64,000 bases of DNA from Cyanophora paradoxa CCMP329 (lineage: Eukaryota > Plantae > Glaucophyta): assembly GCA_004431415.1 (NCBI GenBank), contig QPMI01000472.1, forward strand, positions 186,001-250,000, given 5' to 3'. The notes under the pieces are model-generated. The model saw nothing but the letters and a program-made list of their open reading frames with translations. It was not told the DNA's origin and ran no database searches. The position numbers were made by a program, and so were the translations under genes. Positions 51,701 through 64,000 of this stretch are shown here, piece after piece (the stretch's first letter is position 1; every line of letters begins with the position of its first letter).

Positions 51701-54700
51701 CCGGCCCGAGCGGCCCGGAGGGCCCGATCTCGACCACGCTGCTCGCACGGCGACCGCCGCTTAGCGACGCGACGCTGGCCCTCCGCGAAACGCCTTCGAG
51801 CTTCGCCGCGCCGCCCGCGACCAACTGCCGCGCCGCCTCTCTGGCCGCGGCGCGCTCCGCGAGATCCCTCTTCGCGGCCGCGATGTCGTCCGTGTACAGC
51901 ACGTCCAGCCGCGAAACCTGCTCGTAATCAGCCCTCCGAACAAAGCGAAAAGCGAAAGAGCGCCGGCACGCACCTGCTTGCGGCGCTGGAGGCGCCGCGC
52001 CCCGCGCGAAGTCGCGCCCACTTTCGGTCGGGTCGGGACCTGCCACGGCACTAAGATGGAGAGAGACAAATCGAAGCCCGCGCACCCCGAAGCGGATGTA
52101 GCATGCCATGAGGAGGCCGACGAGGAGAACCGCGCCCCCGGCGGCGCCAGCCACCACCGCGAAGATGCGGTACAGCCGCTGCTTGGCCGCCTCGTCCGTC
52201 TTGATCTCCTGCCGGCCCCGGTGTCGCTCTCTCGAAGGAGCATCGCGTGGGATCCGGATAGCGCACTGCCCGGGTGACATTTGCGCTGTTCGTGTCGTAG
52301 ACGATGGCTTCGGTGACCAGGTCGACTTCGTCGCTCTCGAGCTCTAGATCTGCCCGCCGCGCGGCGCCGGCCTCCGCGCGCAGCGATCGCGACCGGCGCC
52401 TGCCATTCAAGTCAGAGATCCAAGCGCCATCAGTACGAGGGGAAACGATTTGCATTAGCACACAATAACAATTACTAGGAGTTTCCCATCGCCCAATTTA
52501 TCTCTCCGACTAGATAACACTGAGGACCGTCGAGTGCTGTTGTCATCAGTACGAGGGCGCGACGGACCGCGATCGCGACGGGGCCTGTGTGGCGATCGCC
52601 TGGGCCGCCTGCCCGATCAGGTTCCTGAAGAACGACACGTCGATCGGCTCCGACGTCGCCTGCGCTTCCGTTGGAACGCGAATCGCTCCAAAAGGACGCA
52701 AAAGCGCACCAGCGGGCACAGTTGCGCCTCGCTGCAGTTCCTGCAAGCGGTCGCGCCGGTTTCCGGCGTGAACGTGCCCGGCGGGCTGCGCAATAGCAGT
52801 TTCAGCCGCAGGAAGACCTTTTTAGAAGAGCAGCAGGCACCAGGGCGTGCAGTAGGCCATTGACGAGTTCCGGAACGTGCCCGGCGCGCAGGCCGTGCAG
52901 AACGTCTGAACGTCTGAACGCTTGAGAAAGAAAGAAAGCAAGCAAGAGGGAAAGCCGCACCACGGAACCGGCCTCACAGGCCGTGCAGCCCGTGGAGCCC
53001 TCGGCCGAGACCGAGTTCCGGGGGCACTCCGAGCACTCCTGGGAGCCCGGCGGCAGCTGGCGCCCCGCGGGGCAGGCAACGCAGCTGGTCCGCGAAGGAG
53101 GAGAGAAGAAGCCGGAGGGGCACCGGGAGCAGGCAGCATCTGTCTTGCAGCGTCAGCCTCCGAAAATGGGCCTCGACATGGATCGGACCTCCCGCGTTGG
53201 AGACGTTCAGCGGGCCGCAGAGGGCGCACCGGCCCGCGAGGGGGTAGTACCCAGCCTCGCAGTCTGCGAAAGAGCGAATTTGAATTACAGCCGGAGCGAA
53301 AGATTAAAGCAGAAGTCACTTTGGCACTCCGCGCGGTCGTCCCTCGGTACCTGGCCGGGCGGGCTGCGGCGCGATCGAATCGACCAAGCAAAATGCAATC
53401 AAGCGGAAGTAATGCAAACCAGGGGGCGCAGGCCGCGGATCCTGCCGCTCTGGCGACGTGCGCGGCTGGGCACGGCTCGCACGTGTCCACGGACGACCTT
53501 GCAGGCCTGAAGAACCCCTGCTCACGCACGGGGGCGTCGACTGAAAGAAATGCGATGCGGTTACACGCGTGGCGGACGGGGGCGCAGGGGAGGCAGGAGC
53601 GGCGGTCTGGCGATGAGGTGAAGCCCTGGTGTCAAACGGTCAGTGCTTTGGCTCCAGCGAAAGCGGCTCGCGCACCGCTGGGCACTCTGTGCAGTTGAAG
53701 GGCGTGCCCTCTCGGGGCGCGAAGCGACTCCTTGGGCACTGCGAAAAGACGTTCGCGGCCGCGAAACCGCCTGAAGACTTCGCGATTAACTGGGAAAGTC
53801 GCACCGTAACGCACTGCAGGGTCCCTTCGGGCATGAAGGTGCCTGCGAGCGATGGGGCGTGAGAGGCCGACAAGATCACCACTCACTGCATTCTCCGTCG
53901 CACCCGAACCACATCTGCGACAGGTATAAGGAGACGATCGAACGACCTCTAAGCCTTTAAAGCACTCACGGGATGCATCGCGTCGAGTCGTTCGATGGGT
54001 ACCACCCTGGTGCGCACTCGAGGCAGCCGCCGGCCGTCGCGGGCGGCGCCCACGTTCCCTGCTGGCGGTCAGCGCGGCATAATAAAGGGAGCGACAGTGT
54101 GCCGAGCACACCGCCTTGCAGGGGAGACACGAGCTCTGCTCGGGCGGTCAATTCAAGATGTATGTCGATGAAAAGGGCACGATGGCGGGCCGCCGCACTG
54201 TCCCGTCTGCCTGGAACGTGCCGCCGCCGCACTCGACGCACCGTGTCCTTTGCAAGCGCCCCTCAGTACAAATCAGGAAAAGCTTCGAGGAAGAAATGCA
54301 CCTGTCCGCGTTGCTGATGTGGCCGGGCGGGCACGCTTCGCAGGAGTCGGAGCCCGCGGCGCTGAAGAAGCCGTCCGGGCAGGGCGCCGCGGCCGACGGC
54401 GGCACGCAGTAGAACCCGGCCCGGCACAGCTCGCACGACGTCCCTTTCCGCGCCTCCGTCCCCGGCGCACTGCGAAAGAGCGGGCGTGAACAAATGCACA
54501 GCGGCACGCGAGAACTAGCGCACCACGGCGTGCAGGCGGCAGCCCCTTCCTTCGAGACGTATCCGGCGAGGCACTGCGGTCGGCGGTCAGTGGCAGTGCA
54601 AACAGCGTTCGTCGAGGCTTGCACCTCGGAGCACGAAGACATGTTCGCAGAGCGGAAGGTCCCCGCCCGGCACGGCCTGCGCATACGCGGCTCGGGGCGC

Positions 54701-57700
54701 GAAAAGGCGGTTGGAACCAGAGCGCACGAGCAGCCCTGGCCGTCGGGGTCCACCACCGTCCCCGGCTCGCTGCTCGCTGCGGTCAGCGGCGCGGCGGAAT
54801 GGGCCGGCGCCGTTCGGGCCGCACCACTCGAGGCACGCGGTGCGGCCCGGAACGGGCGAGAAAGTGTTGCCGACGCAGGCTTTGCACTCGTCCTCCACCT
54901 CGACTGTGCCTGCACGGCGCCGTGAGACGAACGCCTTGAGCTGTTCCGTCTCGAATTCCGCACCAGGCTCACACGGCTCGCACGCCGTTCTTTCGAGGTC
55001 CGGAACGGTCCCTGGCTCGCAGACAGTGTAGTTGCGGGATCCAGGGAGCGCGATGGCGCCGCGCGGCGCCTGGGCGCACGCCGCCATCGGCTCGTGCCTG
55101 TAAAAGCCCGCAAGGCAGGCTGCGCGAGCTTCAGCTGCGCTAACGACAGAGCCAATGAGTGGGCGCACGGCTGCACTCCTGGCCGTCCACGGAAACGAAG
55201 CCCTCCTTGCACAGATTGCAGGCGGTGCTGCCCGGGAGCGGCGCGACGCTGTTCACGCCGCACACAAGGCAAGTCTCGTTCGCCTGGTAGCTTCCTGCGC
55301 GCCCGCAGTCAGAAAAGCGCGCGAGCAAAACGGAAGCAAAAAAAAAAAGAAATACCGGGACCGCACGCGACGCACTCTGACTTGGGCCCGTTCGGGACAG
55401 TGCCGTCCTCGCAGACTTCGTACGTCGGGCTGCCAGCCAGCGCAACGGCGCCGGGCGGGACGGGGATGCAGTCCGACGCATTTTCCGGACGGTACAAGCC
55501 GGTGCCGCACGGGACGCACTTCTGCTGGTCAGCCGCTGCGACGCTGCCGGGCGGACACGCCTCGCAGGCGGTGGCTTTGTCCGCAGAGGAGATGTGGTTG
55601 TGCGGGCACCTGCAGGATTGCGTGCACGTGTGAGAGCCGGCACGAACAGAGGCATAGCAGCAGGACTCACGTCTCGCAGAAGCCGTCGTTCTCGTAGCCG
55701 CCCTTCAGACAAGGCGCGCAAGCCGCTTTGGGGCCGTCGGGCACCGTGCCGGGGAGGCAGAAGGTCGGCTCCGCCTGCCCGGGACCCGAGACGCTCTTGG
55801 GGGGGACGGGCTCGCATCCCGTCATGTTCACGGAGCGATAGCTGCCCGGCAGGCAGGGGAAGCAGTTCTGCGCGTAAACACCGTGGCACCTTCAGACGGA
55901 GATTAAGGAGAGCTCAAGGATTCAAAGACCTGCGAGCTCGCGTCCGCCACCTGCCCGGGCAAGCACGCCGTGCAGCTCGCACTCCCAGCAGACGGGGCCA
56001 CGTGATTCAGCGGGCACCTGCGCGCCAGCGGTCACGGGCGATCAAAAAAGCAAGGGGCAGGAGAAAATGCCTGCTGCACGTTGTTACATTGCTCTTGAAG
56101 CTCCCTGTCAGTCGTTTTCAGCGGGCGATGAGATTGAAGGGCGCTGCAAAGAGAGGCTCACCTTTCGGACAGGGCACGCAAACGTAAGACGAGCTGAAGA
56201 CGTTTGGTATGCTGCCGGGGCCGCAGGCGGTATAGCCCGCGGAGGCGGCGGGGGCCATTGCGCCCTCGGCAACGCGCTCGCAGGTTGCCATCGCCGCCGA
56301 CCGGTACTGGCCTGCGGGTTTTTCCGTCTCAGCACTGGAGCGATGCTTAAGCTTCTGCGCTCGCACCGCTGGGGCACGGGAAGCACGACTGCGAGTCCGG
56401 CGCGCTGACGTAGCCTGGAACGCAGCCCGTGCACGAGGCCAGGCCCTCCGTCGGTGCGAACGTGTTGAGGGGGCACCTGTGCCGATGGTTGTGCTCAGCT
56501 ACGCGCCGAGGGTTCGGAGAACGGCGCACCTCTGGCAATCGCCGCCCACCGAGAAAAGTCCTTTCGGGCAGCGCATGCATCTGTGCGAGAGATTTAGATT
56601 TAGCGAGCGCTGCGCAGCGGAACAAAAGGGCGCACTCGCTCCGCTCAACGTTGGGAACCGTGCCGTTCTTGCAGACGGCGCTCGCGTTCGAGGCGGCTGG
56701 CGCAACGCTAACTGCGTCGGCCACCGGTACGCAGACCGAGCCGCCGGCCGCGCGGAACGTGCCTGCAGCGGCGCGTGAGACGAAGACATTCAAAAAAAGC
56801 GCCGCAATCAGCAACGCACCCGGCCCGCAGGCGAAGCACAGGCGCCGGTCATCGGAGGAGAACATGCCCGGGGGGCACGCCGTGCAGTTTCTCGCTCCGG
56901 CAGTCGACACGGCATTCAGCGGGCAGCTGGCGCAGACGCCCGGGAGCGCCTCGTACGAACCCGCCGGGCACTGCGCGGAACTCAGCAAAGGCAAGCAAAA
57001 GGAAAGCGCCGCTGCCCACCGGCGTGCACTGCAGCCGGTCGGGGCCGGATACGAAGCCCGGACCGCAAGCGATCGGACTGCCCAAGCCGGAGGGGCACAT
57101 CGTGTCGATCGGACACAAGCTGCACTTGTTCGTCCCGTTGACTACGTAGAACCCGGCGGGACACCCCTGGCACCCGTCCTGCTGTGGTGCAGTGATCTGA
57201 CCCTGAGAAGAAAGATTCAGCCCGCAGATGGTCGAACATCAGCGATGCCGCGGTGCGAACGGCGGGACAGCTGAGACAGCTTCCATTGCGGCCGGCCGGG
57301 CTCCAAGTCCCTTTGCGAGGAGACCAGTAAGGAATGATGCCCCTCCGAAGCAGCGCAGCGCACCAGGCGGGCAGTCGAGGCACGTGATGTTGCCTTTTGG
57401 CAGGAACTGCCCGGCGGCGCACGGCTCGCAGTCGGTCTGACCCGCGTTTGGAACGTAGCCGGGCGGACCTGCGGTAGCGCTTCGTTAGCGGAGCTGCACG
57501 TCGACAACTTTTGCAGCCGACGGACATTTTTCGCAGCGGGTTGCGCCCGCCGGAGACCACTCGCCGGGGTGGCAGTCGAAGCAGCTCTTGATGTAAGAAA
57601 AGTAGGGATTCGTCACGAGGTAGGACCCCGCCGGGCTGCGCGCGCGCGGCGGGTCGAGGGCGACATTGGCGGCGAAGATTCCATGCACGTTCATGCGCAC

Positions 57701-60700
57701 CACTCGCGGCAGTCGCCCGTCGTGCCCAAATTGAGCGTGAGGCGGTTCGCGGGGCACGGCGTGCATGGCTGCCCCGGGAAAATCGAAGAGGTCTGCAGCG
57801 GGCACTCTGGCGCGGCGCCAGTGAGCTAGCTGCTGCAGGCCGTCGAGCAACGGCGCAGCGCACCGTAGCACGACAAGGAGCCGTTGTTGGACCACATGCT
57901 GCGAACCGTCTGAGAGATTGTCGCACGAATGGATGGCAAGTCTTACCCCCAGGGGCACGGGGAGCAGGCCGTGCTCCCGGCCTTACTGTACGTGCCCGCC
58001 GCGCACAGCGGCGCGTCCGCATCCAGCAGCATCCCCGCCGCCGGCGAGTACCGGCCTTCAAAAACCGCACTCAGCTGCGTGCTGGAGCAAACAAAGAGCG
58101 GGCGCACCCGCCGGAAGGGGCCTGCACAGGTCCGCGGTCGCGATCGACTGGTTGAAGAGGGCGGCCTCCCAGTTCCAGCGCGTCCCCGCAGCGCACCGCG
58201 TGTGCATCTTCACGAACGTCGGCCTGCGACAGCTCTTACAGACTTCAGAAGAATGAGACTGGAGCGGAGCGGACGGCTCGGAGACGACGAAGACGACGAC
58301 GGGCGACTCAGCGGAGGGCATCGTCGGGTCGGTCTCGTTCCCGTAGCCAAAGACGCGATTCGACGTGAAGTCATCGAGGACGTGCACGCTCAGCACGTTC
58401 GCTGCTCGCGTCAACGAAAGGGCGCAGAAGGAGAGGGGCGGTGAGAAGCACCCGGGAAGGCGGCCGTGACGACGGTCGGGGACGCCCGCGCGAATCCGTC
58501 CGAGTCGACGCCCGCGAAGCGCAGCAGCTGTGACGTCGGCGCACGCTCGTTCTCCCGGGCCAGCCGCTTGCGCTCGACGAGGCGCGGCCGCGGGCTGTCG
58601 GCGGACGCAAACGCAAAGGCGCGAGTGGTGGACGGCTCGTGCGCCTCGCGGACGACGAAGAGCGACCCGTCCTTGTACACTGCCGCCGCCACCTGCGCGC
58701 CGTTAACCAAGCGCCGATTCGCGACGCACGGCCAGCGCACGGAGGTCCAGGAGGCCAGGGTGCCCCTCGCCCCGTACGAGAGCGTGGCGTCGACGTCGCC
58801 CGCCATTCCGCTCTGGTACGAGTTGCGCTTCCTGCGCGGAAGACGATTACTGCTGCAATCTTAGGCGATGCAAGGACCGCACCGTATCCGGAAAATCTTA
58901 TCGCCAGTGACGTAGAACGCGAATCTACCGCCGGGTGGGTCGACGAAGCGACCCTCCAGGTACTGAGACGAGGAGCGTGAGCGCGCGGAGCAAAACGTTA
59001 ACTTCGGAAGCCCGCGCACGCCGTTGCCCGGGCCGCCGTTCAGGGGCCGCTCGTTCATCACGATCCACGAGTCGGAGAGCGGGACGCTGTCGGTGCGGAG
59101 CACGCGCGGCGGGCCGTGCAGCACAACGCCCGTGCGGTATGTGCCGACGACGGGCGTGCCCGACTTGAAGGCCCGCGCAGGGGCGGCCCGCGTTTCGAAG
59201 GCCGACGCGTTGACGGCCCTGTGGAAAATCGGATAGAGCGTGGGCCGAATTAGAGGCTCGAAATGTATCCGGAAAGACAGAATCATAAACCTCAAAGTAA
59301 AATCTTAGAAGAGGCGAGCGCACCAGGAGAGCATGGCCGTCACGTAAGAGACATTGAGGCCGCGGCAGACGACGCCGGTGACGAGGCCGCCGGCGCAGGC
59401 GGTGCTGGAGGGCCCCGACGGGAAGAAGGGCAGGCGGACGAGCGCGTGGTAGAGCAGCGGGCCGTTCCGCTCGACGCGGCCGTCGGCGGCCATGGCGACG
59501 ATCGACGCCGCGGGCGGGTACAGGTCCGCGTGCCCAGCCGTCTTGTCCGTCGGCCAGCTGCAAAAGGAGCCTCAGGCGAGAATCCGAAGCGTGCGCTGCA
59601 CAAGAGCGCACAGCAGCTTCGTGTAGATCGAGTCGGCGACGTTGGTTTGATTAGCGGGGGCGAGGGCGGTGAGGTTGAAGGCGAGGAGGCCCACGCCGTC
59701 CGAGAGCGAGCACGTCTGCAGCGGCGGTGAGACGAGAGAATTTGTGTATCGTGGATGGCCGCTCACCTTGATGATTGGAAGGACCGACACGGGTGGGGCT
59801 GCGAGCGAAGAAGGCGCGTCAGAATAGCAATCGCAGTGCGTTTCGCGGCCCGCGCACTGCGAGCAAACGATGCGAAGAACGCCACGCCGCGGCCCGCGAA
59901 AGCGAAGAACTGTGCGCGCAACATAAGCCGTCTCGAACCGCTGCCCTCTACTTTCTATCTGCACCCGCTGGTCCTGCAGCAGCAGCGCGTCGAACTACCC
60001 GTTGTATGCGCGCTGCACGTCGGCGGCCGCCTGGGCGCCCTCGAAGGTCCTGCCCGCCGACGCCGGCTCCGCGTCGTAGAAGTCCAGGCAGTTGGTCATG
60101 CTAAAGAGGTTCTGCTGGCCGGTCGCGCCGTCGGCGGCGGCCGCGGCGGCGGCCTCCGATGCCGCGCCGAAGCTCAGCAGGTCGGTCTGCATGGAGGATC
60201 GGATCCGACTCCGCGCGAAGGTGGTCAACGCGGGCGCTCACGTGCACTCTGTAGAAGCGGTCCTTGTAGGCGGCGATGCTCACGTTGCTCCCCTTCGGCT
60301 GTGGCGGAGCGTTTGCGAGTGGACCGCGGCGGAGCGGCGGAAGTCTAAAGCGCACCAGCGGCCGGAAGAGCTGCAGCGTCCCCAGCATCGAAGACCAGCG
60401 GTACCTGTGTGCGCGTTAGGAGGCCGCTTCGTCTGACGCGCACGGCACGTCGCCCTCACTCTTCTTCAGCTTGCGCGGCGAGCACTCCGGAGACCTACCG
60501 AGAGAATCAAACATCGAAAGAAGAGGGTCGCCTTGAGTTTCAAGAACGGACCGACTCGTAGAAGAACCGCTCGTAGAGCGCCCGGTAGTGCCGAAAGTCG
60601 GTGCTGAAGTTTGCCGCGAAGGCCATAAAAGCAAAGGGGTCGGCCGCGGGGCACGCGCCGGCCGGCCACGGGCGGACGGCCCCGAGCTCTCCAAGACTGC

Positions 60701-62961
60701 AGCCGCTGTAAATCGAGTTGACGAGGCGCTGGGCGCCGTAGGCCGCGCAGCCGCCGCCCGTGCAGCCTTTGGCGGGTTTCAGGACGGCGCTCGCGGGTCC
60801 GATCAGGTCCGCGAGACCGAGCTCCGTGTAGTTGGCGGGCCACCGCCAGTCGCTCTGTTGAGAAGGTCGGCTTGCAATCGATCACAGCGTCACAAGTGCA
60901 CTGGTTTTACCTTGTACGCGGACAAGTCGTTCGGCGGCGACCGGTTGTCGGGGTCCTTCGCGCAAGCAGCGTAAGCTAGTGGGCTCGAAAGCACCACCAC
61001 CGCGGGGAACGGGGACCCGTAAAAGCACCACCGCGGGGAACGGGGACATCGACGCGAAAGCGAACTCGACGGGCCGCGACTTGCCGAGCGATGTCCCGTC
61101 GGGCTGCGCTCCGTCAGCAAAGCGCTCGCAGCAGCGGCGGAGCGCGCGGCGGAGCGCGCGGCAGGCTTTGAAGCGGACCGCGGAGAGGGTCCTGGTCAGC
61201 AGGCAGACCGAAGCCTCGAGGTCGTAGTCGCAGTACGCGAAATCCTAACGCGGCGTCGGCGGTGCGATCGAGCGACGCAACGGGAGGGGCACCTCTTTGT
61301 AAAGGAAGACGACCGCCAGGCGGATCTTCGGCGGGCGGCGGGCCACGGGGTGCGAGGGCAGCGGCGCCGCGAAGACGATGCGCGTGCGGTCGCTGGCGGC
61401 AAAGTCGAGCGCCACTCGGCGAAAGGCGTTCCGCAGACGCGAGTCACCCGGCGGGATGATCGCTGCATGAAGTTCAGTCCGCAGAATGTCGCTGGAACAG
61501 AGCGGGCGCGCATGCGCACCGCTCTGGGAAACGATGATCGGCCCCTCCGGTATCGTCACGGTCTTGGCCGCTGACGCGGGCGACATGGTACCCATGCTCG
61601 TCGACGCAAGGGCCGTGCAGGAGAGGCTGTAAGAGCCGCCGAAGGAGAGCGCGACGGGTACCGCAAGCGTCACGCCACTCGACATCGCGTCCGTCACCAG
61701 CTTCGAGGCGCGGTACTGCGGCGAAAATCAGCGGGTCTTTGGTGAGAAGAAAGCGACGCGTGCACCGGTCCGCCGAAGCCCAGGCAGCGCAGCTCGACGG
61801 AGGTGATCGATTTGCCCTTGACAAAGCTAACGAGGGCCTCGAGCCCTTGCGGCCCCGTTGCGTCTGCCGAGAGAATGCTCGGCGCGGCGAGCGGACTCGA
61901 CGACGCTGGGCTGCTGCACTCAAACGTCACGTCGCCGTCCACGCGCCCCGTCAGCGAGTACGGCGACGTGTCCTCCACCGTCTTCGAGTACCTCTGATGA
62001 GCGCACGGCGGTAAGCGCACGTCGTAGAGAGTCTCGCACAGCTTCGGACCCCAATAGAGCCGCAGTCCCACATGGGGTAGGCGAGAAGCATGCCGCCGTT
62101 GTGGTAGAGGCCGCTCAGGTACGTGTTCCGAGCGACGTTCTCGTCAGTTAGATCGCCCGAGGGCCGCCAGATTCGGAACTGGTAGAGGACGGCACCCTTG
62201 AGGTTCGGTTGCCCCTGCGCGCGGCCCATTGTCTTCCAGTCCCCAACGCTGCATCGGGACAGAGCGCGCACCCACTCGTTCGGGCGGCCAATGTAGTTGA
62301 GGGCGCGCGACTTGCTCGGGATCGCGCTCGAGCTGATAGTGTCGACCCTTATGCCATTCCGTCGCGACTCGAACGTCCCGTCCTGCCAGTAGAGGATCAC
62401 GTACGTCCAGGTGTTCCCCTGCGTGGCCACGGGTCGGAGGCGGCGCGCGGGCGCGAACTCTGTACCCCCACCTCGATCGATTGCGAGTAGGAGTTGAACG
62501 CGAAGTAATTTGCGATCCGCTGCGTGCCCTGGAAGATCTGTATCTGGAGCCCGTAGTTCCCGGAGTAGACCTGCGTTCCGAAGTTCGGCTGAAAAAAGAC
62601 CGTACGCGTCAAAGCTGGGGCATCTGCGGACGCACGCTGCATGGACCGGACGGGCAGAGCGAAATGATCTGCGGGCAGGAGCTATATATGAACAATCGCA
62701 GAAAGCTTGCGACCGGCGCGCCGCACGAGGTTGTCGCTGTTGAACTTCGTTGGGACCGTCGGTGCGTTCCCGAGGTCCAGAATCCTCGCCCCGTTGAGCT
62801 GAGGGGCGGTGACTCGTATCCTACGGTAACTCATCGGCCCGCATAAATCATGTCAAAAAGAACGGCGGCGCACCAGAACTCGATCGCCAGCCGCGGCCCG
62901 CTGCCGAATGTCAGGGTGGGGATCGTGATGGAGGGCGGCCCGTTGTAGTTGAAGGTCGCGC
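48770..62961 (-). CDS. Multi-exon host gene(s): LamG-like domain, many Cys-rich GCC2/ephrin-receptor-like repeats, transmembrane helices, Pro/Ser-rich tail
   Basis: Repeated CxxCxxGxF motifs over 52600-58200; LamG-like WTYV...NYIGR...QFRIW near 62170-62420; TM segments near 52100-52170 and 51535-51590; short GT-AG introns. Exon boundaries not resolved. Confidence 0.65.
52442..52543 (-). mobile_element. 102-bp 3'-end copy of the non-LTR retrotransposon with 14-bp TSD
   Basis: Homologous to 43047-43136; flanked by CATCAGTACGAGGG at 52428-52441 and 52544-52557. Confidence 0.8.
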
Positions 62962-63004
62962 CTGAGCCGAACAAGTAAACAAATTAAACTTAAAGGGACT
63001 GAAA

Positions 63005-64000
63005 ACACATAGTAAAATGCGGAGTTTTAACCCTCGGCTTAATCTTAATTGATTTTGTTGATATATCTCGTATATTCTATTTCAATCAATCGTTAATCTG
63101 TGTATATCTTATCGAATATTCATTTATTTCGTTTATTTTGTATTCTTTTCGATATTTTATCGTAAATTTCTCTTATTTTCCGATTAGTCTTACTGAGTCT
63201 ATCGATAATCTGTATATATTTCCGAATAATATAACTGAATCTCAATTAGATCTTGCCTCTGGTTAAAACTCCGCATTTTACTATGTGTGATTGGTCTAAA
63301 AGTTAATTGATTTAATCGATATTATATTCATGTACTTTCTCGATTAAATTTAATTAAATTTAATTCATTTAATCGGAAATATATCGCTAAACTCGATTAA
63401 GATCCATAAATGATTCATTTGTTTATATTAACAAATCGATCTCTTATTGAATCCAATCGTAATTATACATGAAACTTATATGATTTTATCATTGTTTTGT
63501 TGAGTCTAAGGGGGACCCTTAGGATTTTGGGTGTGACAGGTGTGACAGGTGTGACAGGTCAATCCCAAGGAAAGTCCTAGTGAGAAATTGATTTTTAAAA
63601 TCCACGGGATAAACCTGTCACACCTGTCACACAAACCATATTCAGTAAGGACCTCATATATTGTGAAAATCTCAGTGTTAGTTGGTGTTAAATCTTTCAG
63701 GCAGCATTTATTTGTCAGGCATTAAATCTATCGATTTTCATAAAGTATTTTATTTTGGCTAAGTCATTGTTTGGATCAACAATGAAATTTGAATTATAGA
63801 AAAGTTTTCTAAAAAGGTGCCTGACAATGCCTGACATACTATATAAGTGCCTGACAACTATATTATAGTGCCTGACAAACCATATATGGTAATACTATAT
63901 GATATCTTCTACTTTCTCAGTGTTAGTTGGTGTAGTTGATTCAAAAAATGCATTTATACTCTGATTCATTGTTATTTCCTGTGAAATTTGAGTCAACTCA
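63005..64000 (+). mobile_element. Left end (TIR) of an A-family PLV, element D, in a host intron
   Basis: Starts ACACATAGTAAAATGCGG; inverted copy of 43147-43913; about 40 bp from the minus-strand splice acceptor at 62962-62963. Confidence 0.8.

Noticed and set aside
47223-62961. Many overlapping ORFs in the GC-rich region as separate genes
   Set aside because: Expected from low stop-codon frequency; the coding signal fits spliced host exons.
47223-63004. Naming the host species
   Set aside because: No diagnostic marker gene in the window.
43147-64000. One giant element with TIRs at 43147-43913 and 63005-64000 that captured host genes
   Set aside because: The ACACATA termini face the intervening DNA, one cutting a viral gene and the other lying in a host intron, so they are better read as ends of two separate insertions.

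Overview
AT-rich endogenous viral DNA (1-47222 and 63005-64000) lies within a GC-rich, intron-rich eukaryotic (probably protist) host region (47223-63004). The viral block resolves into nested Polinton-like viruses (PLVs). Element B (11117-36442, 25,326 bp) is complete, with 576-bp terminal inverted repeats (TIRs) and a 6-bp target-site duplication (TSD) AGAATA. It is inserted in the protein-primed DNA polymerase B (pPolB) gene of element A; removing B rejoins 9779-11116 to 36449-38356 in frame. Element A (left end outside the window, inferred right end 43913) appears to be inserted in a fibre gene of a third element C. C's right end is a hairpin at 47138-47222 that abuts host coding sequence. 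A 5'-truncated RNase H-bearing non-LTR retrotransposon sits in A's subterminal region, and an A-type end (element D) starts at 63005 in a host intron. A and B share a syntenic capsid module: patatin/discoidin, two divergent penton-like genes, NCLDV-like major capsid protein (MCP), A32 ATPase and small proteins. Their replication modules differ: A has primase-polymerase/D5 helicase plus pPolB, and B has a PolB-SF1 helicase-HNH fusion. Other notable features are orphan S-adenosylmethionine decarboxylases in B and C, phage-like fibre genes, iteron-type inverted repeats, giant-virus-like promoter motifs and context-specific CpG depletion in A. Several genes carry single-base homopolymer frameshifts, probably assembly errors. 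All assignments come from motifs recognised by eye; no database search was run.
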